Shown piece by piece: positions 19,115 to 28,775 of a stretch of 62,959 nt of DNA. The stretch is from the NCBI GenBank assembly GCA_036826295.1, contig DAISWO010000002.1, positions 159,294-222,252 on the forward strand, given 5' to 3'. The translations under genes were made by a program, and so were the position numbers. The DNA is from Candidatus Saccharimonadota bacterium. Its GTDB lineage: Bacteria; Patescibacteriota; Saccharimonadia; Saccharimonadales; JAGQNJ01. The first letter of the stretch is position 1. The number at the start of each line of letters is the position of its first letter. The notes under the pieces are model-generated. The model saw nothing but the letters and a program-made list of their open reading frames with translations, had not been told where the DNA came from and made no database searches.

Positions 19115-21923
19115 AATAAATGCCACGCTCAATGACTTTCTGTTCAACCAAATAGAAAACGACCCTGCCTACATAGCGTGGCAAGCCGACTTTACTATTC
19201 CCGAATACGTTACCGACAATTTGAGTAAGACCCTGCGTGAATACCAAGTGATAGCCTTGAAGCACTTTATTTGGCTATATGAAACCGATAGAGCCAGAGC
19301 CAAGCACTTATTGTTCAATATGGCGACAGGTACAGGTAAAACGCTTGTAATGGCGTCTGTGGTGCTTTACCTGTATGCACAAGGCTATCGTAATTTCTTG
19401 TTTCTGGTTCATCAAATACAAATCAAAGACCAAGCACTAAAGAACTTTACCGATTATAAGTTTGAGAAGTACCTGTTCAATCCAAAAGGCGTAAGAATAA
19501 ACGGACGTAATGTAGCGGTCAAAGAAACAAAGAGCATAGCAGACGCAGACCGCAACGCTATAAACTTTATGTTTTTCAGCACCTCACTACTGTATAACCG
19601 ACTGCTTGAAGATAAAGAAAACGGACTTACAGCCCAAGATTTTGCCGACAATGATGTAGTGGTAATTGCCGATGAAGCCCATAGGCTCAACGTAGATACC
19701 AGAAGCAAAAAGAAAGCCGATATTGAAGAAGTACGAAACTGGGAAACTGCCGTTATGTCAGCAGTCAAAGCTCGTGAAGGAAACCTGCTACTTGAATATA
19801 CGGCAACTGTTGATTTAGCCAACCAAGCAATTCACGAAAAATACAAAGAAAAGTTAGTCCATCGCTACGACTTTTTAGAGTTCAACCGTGATGGGTATAG
19901 CAAGGACGTAAAGTTCTTATACAACAAAGAGGTTCATACCGAAGACCAAAAGCGTCTACTTATCATAAACGCCGTTGCTTTGAGCGAATATCGTAGGCTA
20001 CTTGCCGAGCGAGAGATGAAGGTAGATATGAAACCGATTGTACTTATAAAGTCAGTCAAAATTGCACAAAGCGAAGAAGACCGTGCGTTCTTTGACGCTG
20101 TTATTTCTAGCCTACGACCAGACGACTTGAACCGCTTGAAGGAACTTGCCAAGCAAAACATCAACCACGAACACGAAATACTGAACGATATGTTTGTGTG
20201 GCTAAAAGAGGCAAAAAACGGCTTTGTAACACAGGGCGACTGGGAAGGCTTGAATAAGTTTGTCAGCGAAATACGAGCCAGTTTTGCCCACGATAATACG
20301 CTCATATACAACAGCCAAAAGAAGGAAAAAGCCGAACTGTTGCCTTTGCTAGATAGCCCACGCAATACAATTCGTGCCATATTCAGTGTAAATGCCTTGA
20401 ACGAAGGTTGGGACGTATTGAGCCTATACGACATTATTCACTTTGATATTAGTGAAAGTAAAAAAGTTAGCCTTCAAGATATTCAGTTGATTGGTCGTGG
20501 TGCTAGGTATTTCCCTTATGAACTGCCACGCTCATACAAGCCAGATGATGACAGCAATAAACTATCACTTGATTTTGCCCAACGCAATTTGGAGTTTGAT
20601 ATAGACCGCCGAAAGTTTGATAATGCACCTTTTGAGCGTGGTCGTGTGCTGGAAACTTTTGTTTATCACTTCGTAAAGACTGGTATGTTCCTAGAAAACT
20701 TACAGCGTGATTTGCTTGGCGAAGGCATTATCAACGAAGGTGTTGAGCAAAAGACCATTACGCTAAAGACAAAGTTCCTTGAAAGTGAAACCTACAAAAA
20801 AGGCTTTGTATTGGTCAACCATACCATCAAGCGAACCAAGACAACCGAAGACGAGATTGACACTACTTTCAACCGCACTATCAAGGCAGGCTTGTATAAT
20901 CTACGAGCAAGAGGCTTATCTGACTATGAGCAAAATCAACAAATTGCGAGCCAGAAAACAAAAGTTATTCGTATTACCGATGAGTTTTTTGCCGAGCCTA
21001 TTATTCGCAAAGCATTGGTATCAGCCGAAGCCAACTTTTTCCGATACAACAATCTAGTTCATCACATACCCGACTTGAAGACGGTTGATGAACTGATAGA
21101 AAAGTACCTGCCGAAATACGAAATTACCTATACCTACGAAGACGGCAAAGATATTGGTCTACTGAACGCCCAAGAAAAACTACAACTACTTGTCGGTGCG
21201 ATACTGCCAGAAGTTCGCAGGCGTATAGACATTTATATGCCGAGAGAGGCAGGAAGTAACCAGTTTAGACCAGTATCGCTTTCCCAAGTGTTCGGCAAAG
21301 AAAAGAACATTTACTTGATGTCGTTCCCAAGTATTGACCTTACGACTGGCGAGAAAGTGTTCATAAGCACAGACGAGCGAGCCAAAGCTCAAAGCGACCA
21401 CGACAATCCTGATTTACAGTTCAATGTAAAAGGTGCTGATTGGTATGCGTATAGTGAAAACTATGGCACAAGCGAAGAAAAGAAGTTTGTAAAATACCTT
21501 GCAAGCCAGATTGACGACTTACACGCAAAATACAGTGGTTCGGAAGTATATCTAATTCGTAATGAACTAGACTACTGGCTATACAGTCTAAAAGATGGTC
21601 GTAGGTTCAGCCCAGACTATATGCTTATCATCAACGATGTAGTAAATCAGCAGTTGTATTACCAAGTCATTATTGAACCGAAGGGTGGACATATCATTGA
21701 ACAAGACGCTTGGAAGGAAGAAGCCTTGATAAGCCTGAACGATGACAGTGAAGTTGTGTTTGATACAAATGAAAACGACAAGCAGGCTTACAAAGAATAC
21801 TTGGCTGAAATGAGCAAGCACGGCTATAAAGAGATAAAGCCAATTGGCATAAAGTTCTATAACACTGACCCACGCCCCGAAAGCGAGTTTGCCCTAGATT
21901 TTGAGGCTAAATTGCTCGCCTAA
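19095..21923 (+). CDS. type III R-M restriction subunit (Res; SF2 helicase + nuclease)
   Basis: MATGTGKT, DEAH, EGWD, QLIGRGAR, C-terminal FSPDY...EPKG. Confidence 0.9.
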   Translation: MAKTKTKINATLNDFLFNQIENDPAYIAWQADFTIPEYVTDNLSKTLREYQVIALKHFIWLYETDRARAKHLLFNMATGTGKTLVMASVVLYLYAQGYRNFLFLVHQIQIKDQALKNFTDYKFEKYLFNPKGVRINGRNVAVKETKSIADADRNAINFMFFSTSLLYNRLLEDKENGLTAQDFADNDVVVIADEAHRLNVDTRSKKKADIEEVRNWETAVMSAVKAREGNLLLEYTATVDLANQAIHEKYKEKLVHRYDFLEFNRDGYSKDVKFLYNKEVHTEDQKRLLIINAVALSEYRRLLAEREMKVDMKPIVLIKSVKIAQSEEDRAFFDAVISSLRPDDLNRLKELAKQNINHEHEILNDMFVWLKEAKNGFVTQGDWEGLNKFVSEIRASFAHDNTLIYNSQKKEKAELLPLLDSPRNTIRAIFSVNALNEGWDVLSLYDIIHFDISESKKVSLQDIQLIGRGARYFPYELPRSYKPDDDSNKLSLDFAQRNLEFDIDRRKFDNAPFERGRVLETFVYHFVKTGMFLENLQRDLLGEGIINEGVEQKTITLKTKFLESETYKKGFVLVNHTIKRTKTTEDEIDTTFNRTIKAGLYNLRARGLSDYEQNQQIASQKTKVIRITDEFFAEPIIRKALVSAEANFFRYNNLVHHIPDLKTVDELIEKYLPKYEITYTYEDGKDIGLLNAQEKLQLLVGAILPEVRRRIDIYMPREAGSNQFRPVSLSQVFGKEKNIYLMSFPSIDLTTGEKVFISTDERAKAQSDHDNPDLQFNVKGADWYAYSENYGTSEEKKFVKYLASQIDDLHAKYSGSEVYLIRNELDYWLYSLKDGRRFSPDYMLIINDVVNQQLYYQVIIEPKGGHIIEQDAWKEEALISLNDDSEVVFDTNENDKQAYKEYLAEMSKHGYKEIKPIGIKFYNTDPRPESEFALDFEAKLLA

Positions 21924-21999
21924 AAAACGCTTGGCAAAATGACCCCCAAAAATTCGGCATTTCATATAGCGGAGTGTCAAACGGCGGAACAAAGGGCGA

Positions 22000-22911
22000 C
22001 TACCCCCCTATGTTACCTCTGTTGGTGGCGTAAGCGTAGTCTTTAGACCAACGCACAAGCAGTAAGTTACTCTGAATTATCATTTCATCGTTTGTTATAG
22101 CGTGTCGTTTCTGCTTTTTACCAGATTTTAGTGGGTCTATAAGTTCAATAAGTATTTCAGGGGTCAAAGCGAAGTAGTGTCGTCTTTGAGCTATATGGTT
22201 GCTGTACATTTTTTCAACCATTGTTTTTCCAGTATTGTTGAATACCTCAACTACTGGTGTATCAGTAGTGATGAACTTCTTTGAGCCTTTAGACAGATAG
22301 AACCGCCATTTCTTTATTACAAACCACCTATGAAACTCTTCGCAATTAGTGATGAGCTGTAAGTGATTGACGTTGTTATCAAAAGTCAGTTCGTATTCGC
22401 CACTTACAAATGTTTTTCTAGCGTCTTCAATTTGTTCATCGGTAACTTGATGTCCCTCTTCTTTCATAGCCTCTTTAGCACCGTCAGAAAAGTTCGGGTG
22501 TGAAGCCATTAGTGTAGTGATTTGTTTCATACCATCAGCCATAGTCTTGTTTATCTGTCTTCGCATATGTGGACTTCTAATCCAAAGTGAAGCCATAAAC
22601 CACGCTAAAATATCTAACTGCTGGTCTGTTAGTGGTTGGTAGTTCAATATTGCGTCAACGATGGCGTCATACTCTTTGGCAAACTTATCTTCAATTTCGC
22701 CAAAATACTGTTCAAATACTTGGCTTGTTTCATCTTCTTTACCAGTTTCAATAGCGTAGTAAAAGTCGGCATAACAAACACCACTATAAGGTCGGGCTTT
22801 TATGAGTTTGCCTTTTTGAATATCTAAAGTCTGCAACATATTATCAACAGCAAACCTTTTGAAATAAAAGCGTGGTGCGAAGTGCTGTTTCTTTGTTATC
22901 TGCTTTGTCAT
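22000..22911 (-). CDS. DUF4238-like protein
   Basis: N-terminal QHFAPRFYFKRF; FITTDTPV; YFALTPEILI. Confidence 0.7.
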   Translation of the reverse strand: MTKQITKKQHFAPRFYFKRFAVDNMLQTLDIQKGKLIKARPYSGVCYADFYYAIETGKEDETSQVFEQYFGEIEDKFAKEYDAIVDAILNYQPLTDQQLDILAWFMASLWIRSPHMRRQINKTMADGMKQITTLMASHPNFSDGAKEAMKEEGHQVTDEQIEDARKTFVSGEYELTFDNNVNHLQLITNCEEFHRWFVIKKWRFYLSKGSKKFITTDTPVVEVFNNTGKTMVEKMYSNHIAQRRHYFALTPEILIELIDPLKSGKKQKRHAITNDEMIIQSNLLLVRWSKDYAYATNRGNIGG

Positions 22912-23275
22912 ATTTCTATTTTACAGCCGTATGGGTATGTGCTGAAACATATGGTCTTTGCCAACAATTATTCCCAACAACGCTACCACTGTTAGCACGT
23001 TGGAGTTGTTGGGCTATTTCGGAAAACAAACGATTTTTTTATAGCGACACATTTTTAGGTAGTATGTGCGTTTACGAGTTTTCTAAAATATCAAGGGTCA
23101 AGGCATAGGGGGGGCTATGCCACGCTAAGTAGTAGTCCCTTGATGTTACGAACTTCGCTTTTGTCGTAGTCCATACTAGCCGTTCGCAGTTCGTTTGCCA
23201 GTGCGAGCCAAGCATAAGCGGAATGGATAACAGAGGCGAGAGGCCTCTTTTTCTTGTTTGAGGTATACTTAAAAC

Positions 23276-23974
23276 ATGAAATCCGTAAATATCTCGTGTA
23301 TTGGTTATGAAATAGCTGCTGATTGGTACGAAGGGAGTGATTGTGTATTGCTAGTTCTACCTGGCTTTACATCAAGCAAGGCAAACTACAAAGACCTGAC
23401 TGCGGCAATCATCAGTAAAACTGGAACTTCAGCACTTGTCATCGACTATTCTGGCCACGGCGAAAGCCCGTTCGATGTTCAAGACATCACCATCATGGAG
23501 AACTTCTCTGAAGTTGTAAGAGCCTATGACTGGCTCAAGAAGCATTATCCAGATAAAGCAATTAACGTTATGGGAACAAGTTACGGCGGCTTTTTTGCAG
23601 CTATGCTTGCTGGTGTGCGTGACGTAAATAAACTAGTCTTAAGAGTACCGGCGAACTACGCCCCAAAAGACCTGTATACGCCGTGGCGAGAGCTTGACAG
23701 GGAACAAATCAGAAATGAATACAGGGCCGACCCAAACAACTTCAAAGAACATCCCGTGCTTGCACATGGACAAAGTTTTAAGGGTACAGCCTACGTTTTA
23801 ACACACGAGTTGGATGAGGCCTGCCCAAAGAGCAGCACCGACCCGTATATTAAGGTGTTTGGTGCAGAAGCATGGGAAGCCAAAGGATTTGTGCATGGGC
23901 TAGCTAAAAGTAAGTTTACTCAGGCTCAGCTTGAAGAGTATCAAGATAAGATTGCTGGGTGGCTAAACAAATGA
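23276..23974 (+). CDS. alpha/beta-fold hydrolase
   Basis: LPGFTS, DYSGHGES, GTSYGG nucleophile elbow, Asp and His (FVHG). Confidence 0.85.
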   Translation: MKSVNISCIGYEIAADWYEGSDCVLLVLPGFTSSKANYKDLTAAIISKTGTSALVIDYSGHGESPFDVQDITIMENFSEVVRAYDWLKKHYPDKAINVMGTSYGGFFAAMLAGVRDVNKLVLRVPANYAPKDLYTPWRELDREQIRNEYRADPNNFKEHPVLAHGQSFKGTAYVLTHELDEACPKSSTDPYIKVFGAEAWEAKGFVHGLAKSKFTQAQLEEYQDKIAGWLNK

Positions 23975-24633
23975 AATTTGTCCTATGCTCCGAAGGGTTT
24001 AGTACACCAAACACCGTAGAAGCATGTACCAAGCTTGTAGGCAAGCCAAAAGGAGAAATAAGTATTGGCATCATTAACGAAGCCTTCGCCGTGGAGCATG
24101 GTGATAAACGGTGGGTACTCCATAACTTACAATGCGTCTTTGATAACTTCAGTGGTGAAGTGGACATCGTTAATCTATTGGCTTTATCTATTGAGGAAGT
24201 GGAAGCCAGATTAGTTAACAAGGATGTCATCTTTGTGGTCGGTGGGGATACCGACTATCTGATGGGCGTTTACGAAAAGACTGGCTTCGACAAACTACTG
24301 CCAAAGCTACTAGAAACCAAGGTCTATGTCGGTAGCAGCGCTGGCTCAATGGTGGTCGGCAGGCGCATATCAGCTGCTGCATATAGACTTATCTACGGTG
24401 AGGATAGCAAGTGGGGTATCGATGCCTACCTTGGGCTTGCCGACCTATCTGTCATGCCTCATCTTGACTCACCTGATTTTCCGAACCGTAAAGATACTCT
24501 GCTTGAAGCCGTAGGGGAGTTTGAAGTTAAAGTCTATGGCCTGCGTGATGGCAGCGCCGTGGTTATAGATGGCAACAGCGTCACCACCATTGGAAGTGAG
24601 CCACTTATTATTGAGAAAGGTAAAGTGATATGA
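23971..24633 (+). CDS. peptidase S51 (PepE-like, class I glutamine amidotransferase fold)
   Basis: VGGDT, GSSAG nucleophile, MPH; ATGA overlap with the hydrolase stop. Confidence 0.85.
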   Translation: MKFVLCSEGFSTPNTVEACTKLVGKPKGEISIGIINEAFAVEHGDKRWVLHNLQCVFDNFSGEVDIVNLLALSIEEVEARLVNKDVIFVVGGDTDYLMGVYEKTGFDKLLPKLLETKVYVGSSAGSMVVGRRISAAAYRLIYGEDSKWGIDAYLGLADLSVMPHLDSPDFPNRKDTLLEAVGEFEVKVYGLRDGSAVVIDGNSVTTIGSEPLIIEKGKVI

Positions 24634-25154
24634 GCAAACTTGCTATTGCAATCACCGGACCATCTGGAGCGGGTAAAAGCACCGTTACCGACAAAATCAT
24701 CCGACAACGTGAAAAATGTGCTCGTATTGATACAGATGACATAAAGCAGTTCCTGTTCAGCGCTTTCCGCAAAGACAGCCAGCAAGATGGTTCAACTCTC
24801 TGGACATTTGAAGATTGGGATACATTAGGTAATAGCACTGGCATTCTGGCTAAAGGCTTCCTGGACGCTGGCTATGACGTAATAATCGATGGGCATATCG
24901 ATGATACCGCCTGGAAACTTATAGAGAAGCATGTAACTCTTACACATAAGTTCCTATTGCTGCCGCATGTTGACGTCACAAAGGCTAGGGATAAAGAGCG
25001 TTCTGGCGATACTGTCATGGGCGATGAAGCAGTTACCAATTCTCATAACTACTTTGTGACTAATTACTACTATAAAGACTTCGTTACGCTAGATACCACC
25101 GACCACAGTATTGATGAGACCGTTAAGACAATTCAGGAACAGCTAGACAGCTAA
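24630..25154 (+). CDS. small P-loop kinase (nucleotide-kinase-like)
   Basis: GPSGAGKST, IDTDD, VIIDG, lid Arg (ARDKER). Confidence 0.75.
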   Translation: MSKLAIAITGPSGAGKSTVTDKIIRQREKCARIDTDDIKQFLFSAFRKDSQQDGSTLWTFEDWDTLGNSTGILAKGFLDAGYDVIIDGHIDDTAWKLIEKHVTLTHKFLLLPHVDVTKARDKERSGDTVMGDEAVTNSHNYFVTNYYYKDFVTLDTTDHSIDETVKTIQEQLDS

Positions 25155-25246
25155 GCTTATAGATTGTGCCGACTCAGCAATATCTCGAGCTAACCTCATA
25201 ATCTGAGAGTAATACTTGGTACGAAGTACGTCAGCTAGTGGGAGCC

Positions 25247-25277
25247 ATCCTTCATAGCTATGAAGGATTTTTTCTTT
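25247..25277 (+). terminator. intrinsic terminator after attR (displaced tRNA-Asn terminator)
   Basis: Palindrome ATCCTTCATAGCTATGAAGGAT followed by a T tract. Confidence 0.8.
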
Positions 25278-25470
25278 GAGGGGTATGGCTCGAACCTTGG
25301 TCGTAAATAGCCTGATGGCTGTTTACGTTTTACTTACTAGTCTGTATGCGCGTTGGCTACGCCAACTAGTCGCTAACAGAAAATGAACAGTCCGACCCCA
25401 GAAAATTCAATATATTAATGAAGTTTGTTAATTAATTGTCTTAGAGCATGATTATCGAATCAAATTACTA

Positions 25471-25710
25471 TTAACCAAGCCCTGCGGGGCCCATCAAATC
25501 CTCCATAGTTAGTGGGGTGCTCCGCGCCTCGGTATTATGATGTAGATAACTATCAATCACAGGCTGCAACATCAGTTGCATGCGATTAACCCTTTCTACT
25601 AGCTCCTCCTTTAACGCTTCATCTGGAATCTGGTCAGTTATTCTACTGAGCTCAACAAGTTCCTGAGTGTATGCACCTGTTGAAAATTCTGGTAATTCTT
25701 CTACTCCCAT
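25471..25710 (-). CDS. small hypothetical protein
   Basis: 79-aa ORF with SD-like AAGGAG upstream. Confidence 0.5.
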   Translation of the reverse strand: MGVEELPEFSTGAYTQELVELSRITDQIPDEALKEELVERVNRMQLMLQPVIDSYLHHNTEARSTPLTMEDLMGPAGLG

Positions 25711-25820
25711 ACTGCTCCTTTCAAGGATTAATAGTCATAACTATGTATCAAGTTTTCAATTATAAATTCTCTAGGTCATATTATACCTAAACCTAGTTAA
25801 TTTTCTTATTTTTTAATTGA

Positions 25821-26450
25821 TTAGGATTTTTTGTTTGCAACTACATAAAGCCGTTCGATATCCAAATACCCGGTACTCTCAATAATCGTATCTAAAACAA
25901 AATTTGCATCTCTAATTTGCTCGGCTAAACTGTCAGGTTGCCACAAGCAGAAATAACGTTCTTCATCTAGTTTGTCTGATGTCCAGTATTCGCCATCTCC
26001 ACGCCGTACACAAAATCCTAAAGTGCCGTCTTCATTAGTTGCTCCATGAACTTTATTCAATATGCCCTCAAATTGCTGCCTAGTAAAATGCTCAAAGACT
26101 GCATCGGCAAAGATAAGGTCATATTTTCCAGGAAATGGGTCCGTTAGCGCGTTAAAATACTGAGCCTTAAGACCTCTACTAGCCAGTTCACCCAAGAATC
26201 CCGGTGCTCCATCGGAGCACTGTACAGTTAGACCTCTAGATTCCATGTACTGAGCATCCCGTCCAAAACCACTTCCGATTTCAAATATATCGCTGTCAGC
26301 ATTTACCTTATCGATTAAAAGATCAAGCCATAGCTTTGTATCGCCAATAGTATCCTTCGGTGTAAGTTCTATAAATTTATCAACATTTCTTTCGTACGCA
26401 CCGAGCGTTCTTTCGTTAGGATCCATTTCGATACAATAATACTTATCCAC
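25821..26450 (-). CDS. class I SAM-dependent methyltransferase
   Basis: FEIGSGFGRDA, SDGA, YDLIFADAVFEH. Confidence 0.85.
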   Translation of the reverse strand: MDKYYCIEMDPNERTLGAYERNVDKFIELTPKDTIGDTKLWLDLLIDKVNADSDIFEIGSGFGRDAQYMESRGLTVQCSDGAPGFLGELASRGLKAQYFNALTDPFPGKYDLIFADAVFEHFTRQQFEGILNKVHGATNEDGTLGFCVRRGDGEYWTSDKLDEERYFCLWQPDSLAEQIRDANFVLDTIIESTGYLDIERLYVVANKKS

Positions 26451-26490
26451 ATATTAGTCAAACCTTAGACCGATATGTATAATTAGGCTA

Positions 26491-27123
26491 ATGTCTGGTT
26501 CAATCATCCTCTCCGGCGGTGGAGATAGTAAACAAGCGTCTGATATCAACAGGTTTCTTTACGATCAAATGAAATCTAAAACTTCATTGAGCTCGCTGTA
26601 TATACCACTCGCGCTAAAAGAAGATTATTTTGATAGTGCAGAGCAATGGTTCCGAAGTGAACACCCGTACTTGGAAAAGATCACAGTTGTTAGAAATAAA
26701 CAAGATGCTGAAAAGGCAATGAAAAAACACTATGCTTTGATATATATAGGAGGCGGCAACACAGGCAAGTTACTCTATCAACTAAAGGAGTACTCATTAG
26801 ATCAATACATAATCACTCAACTAAGTAGTGGTACTATTATTTACGGCGGTAGTGCGGGAGCGATTGTACTCGGTAAAACAATTACCACTGCCCCCGAAAA
26901 AGAATATGAGAAAGATAAAGATAATAGGGGTTTAAATCTTTTGGGGAATTACTCAATAATACCGCATTTTGAAAGCAAATTTAGTAAACATCATTTTAAC
27001 GAAGCAAAGAAGTATGGAACAAAGTTGCTAGGAATAAGTGAAAGTTCTGGTGTAATTTTTAAGGGAGGAAAGATAGTTTCTGAGGTTAATAAAAAAGGAA
27101 TCAATAAATTTATTAATTACTAG
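26491..27123 (+). CDS. peptidase S51 (PepE-like)
   Basis: IGGGNT, YGGSAG, IIPHF. Confidence 0.85.
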   Translation: MSGSIILSGGGDSKQASDINRFLYDQMKSKTSLSSLYIPLALKEDYFDSAEQWFRSEHPYLEKITVVRNKQDAEKAMKKHYALIYIGGGNTGKLLYQLKEYSLDQYIITQLSSGTIIYGGSAGAIVLGKTITTAPEKEYEKDKDNRGLNLLGNYSIIPHFESKFSKHHFNEAKKYGTKLLGISESSGVIFKGGKIVSEVNKKGINKFINY

Positions 27124-28130
27124 CCTTCTAATTGTAATGAGTAACGCTTAGCAAATAATTCGGGGTCTTCTGAAAGATTCATTTTGGCTTTTGATTTAGT
27201 GCCACTTATGCGTAGATTGTTTAAGTTTATATTGCGCCAAATTTCACTCCTCACAGTCTCTACCGTCACTCCGTTTGAAGTGATCACGCCACCCATCCGA
27301 CTCCAAAATTGATAGGTAGAGTCATCGTGTGCTAAAGCATCTAAATACAGCTCTGATTCAGGGCTAGATACTGGCAAAAGCTTAGCTAATCTTCTTAACT
27401 GATAACCCTGATTGTTATTAGAGGGTATTACTTTATTAGACGCAATTAAGACTGCCCCGCGAAATGCATCTACGCTCACTACATTATCGTCATCTATTGC
27501 GGGAATACCAGTTGTTTCTTGTAGAAAATGAGGCGAACAGCCAAACAATAAGCGCTCCAAGCCCCCACCCATTTCAGACATGGTCATACTTGATCCATCT
27601 GATAGTCGAATATCGTGGAATAACGAATCGCCGACGTCTAAGTCGTCTATTAAATAATTCTCTTGAAGAGTGGTATATTCTAGACCATCACGTAAATATG
27701 TCTCTTCTTGTCGCTCATGTCTTTCAACGTTCTTTCCCGAAACAGAGGACAATAAATCTGCGAACTCCTCTCTTGCAACATTATGATCTGGCAACGATGT
27801 ATTTAATTGCATAGAGCCGAAATTGATAAAACTGGTATACGAACCGAGCTTGACTCCTGGGAGATAGTTCATCCTAACGACTGGTTGTGAAATAACATAT
27901 GACTTATCAGTGGGCTGGAGGTCTCCAAAGATAAATTGATTCATGTATTGGATGCCCGAAGAAGTGAATAAAGTAGAGTCTCCGTCATTACGGATCAAAG
28001 GCAAGGGCTCAACATACTCGGTCTCCGGATATATACCAGCAAGACTTAGCAAAACACCACAATAGTCATCACTGAACGAGTAACAGCTAATCCTGTCTTG
28101 TAAAGCGATAAACTCTTCTTTATTATCCAT
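27120..28130 (-). CDS. truncated alanyl-tRNA synthetase-like protein (catalytic + helical domain only)
   Basis: DSTLFTSSGIQ, SQPVVR, YTSF, EMGGGLERL (motif 3), DAFRGAVLIASNKVIPSNNNQGYQLRRL; ends at 336 aa without editing or C-Ala domains. Confidence 0.8.
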   Translation of the reverse strand: MDNKEEFIALQDRISCYSFSDDYCGVLLSLAGIYPETEYVEPLPLIRNDGDSTLFTSSGIQYMNQFIFGDLQPTDKSYVISQPVVRMNYLPGVKLGSYTSFINFGSMQLNTSLPDHNVAREEFADLLSSVSGKNVERHERQEETYLRDGLEYTTLQENYLIDDLDVGDSLFHDIRLSDGSSMTMSEMGGGLERLLFGCSPHFLQETTGIPAIDDDNVVSVDAFRGAVLIASNKVIPSNNNQGYQLRRLAKLLPVSSPESELYLDALAHDDSTYQFWSRMGGVITSNGVTVETVRSEIWRNINLNNLRISGTKSKAKMNLSEDPELFAKRYSLQLEG

Positions 28131-28132
28131 AA

Positions 28133-28771
28133 TTAGCTTCTTATAGTCCTAGTATTACTCTCATTTATAGCATTTAACTCACCCGAGCCGTTGAAAATCA
28201 ATCCAGAGTCTTCGCTTAACGCAATGATCCCGATGTGATAGGCCTGTGCGAGAGTGTCCAAAGATCGATCTTCTTCTTCGGTCCCTAGATAATGTGGCCT
28301 GAAACTCCAACCATCACAAAGATCTAAACCATCATGCTGTAACGACATAAATACTTCTGGATAACGCAATACTTCTCTTGAGGAGACTAATGATTTACCA
28401 AGTACAACGCCACCTGCGCTACCACCATAAAGAACACCGCCACCTTGTAAAAACGAGCTAAGATAACCATTGTCTATGCCTAATTCGAGAAGATTGTCTC
28501 GCAACCTGTGGCAATAACCACCGCCCATGTAAATTGAGTCATAATCTCCGTCAATATCATCTTTTGTTTGCAGTAGTTTGGCTGAACTAAAAAATTTGTA
28601 AGCGCCCAAAAACCACTCGAACGCGCTGGCGTGCCTTGAAGACTCCATAGCATGGGGGATATACAAACAAGAAGAATTATAGCTACTATCAAGAACTAAC
28701 TTCTCGTATTCAGCATCTAGTAGGGCAGAGCTTTCTTTATCGCCTCCACCTCCAATGATAATACTGCCCAT
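28133..28771 (-). CDS. peptidase S51 (PepE-like)
   Basis: MGGGY, YGGSAG, FRPHY. Confidence 0.8.
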   Translation of the reverse strand: MGSIIIGGGGDKESSALLDAEYEKLVLDSSYNSSCLYIPHAMESSRHASAFEWFLGAYKFFSSAKLLQTKDDIDGDYDSIYMGGGYCHRLRDNLLELGIDNGYLSSFLQGGGVLYGGSAGGVVLGKSLVSSREVLRYPEVFMSLQHDGLDLCDGWSFRPHYLGTEEEDRSLDTLAQAYHIGIIALSEDSGLIFNGSGELNAINESNTRTIRS

Positions 28772-28775
28772 TATA

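Larger units (their letters stand above)
16444..25247. mobile_element. decayed integrative element at tRNA-Asn (~8.8 kb)
   Basis: GGGAGCCA at 16444-51 (tRNA 3' end) recurs at 25240-47, followed by a terminator; in-frame alternative recombinase tail at the right end; R-M cargo. Confidence 0.8.

Noticed and set aside
27120-28130. Frameshifted housekeeping alaS
   Set aside because: The downstream sequence is occupied by a convergent peptidase gene, with no continuation into editing domains, and the N-terminus is divergent.
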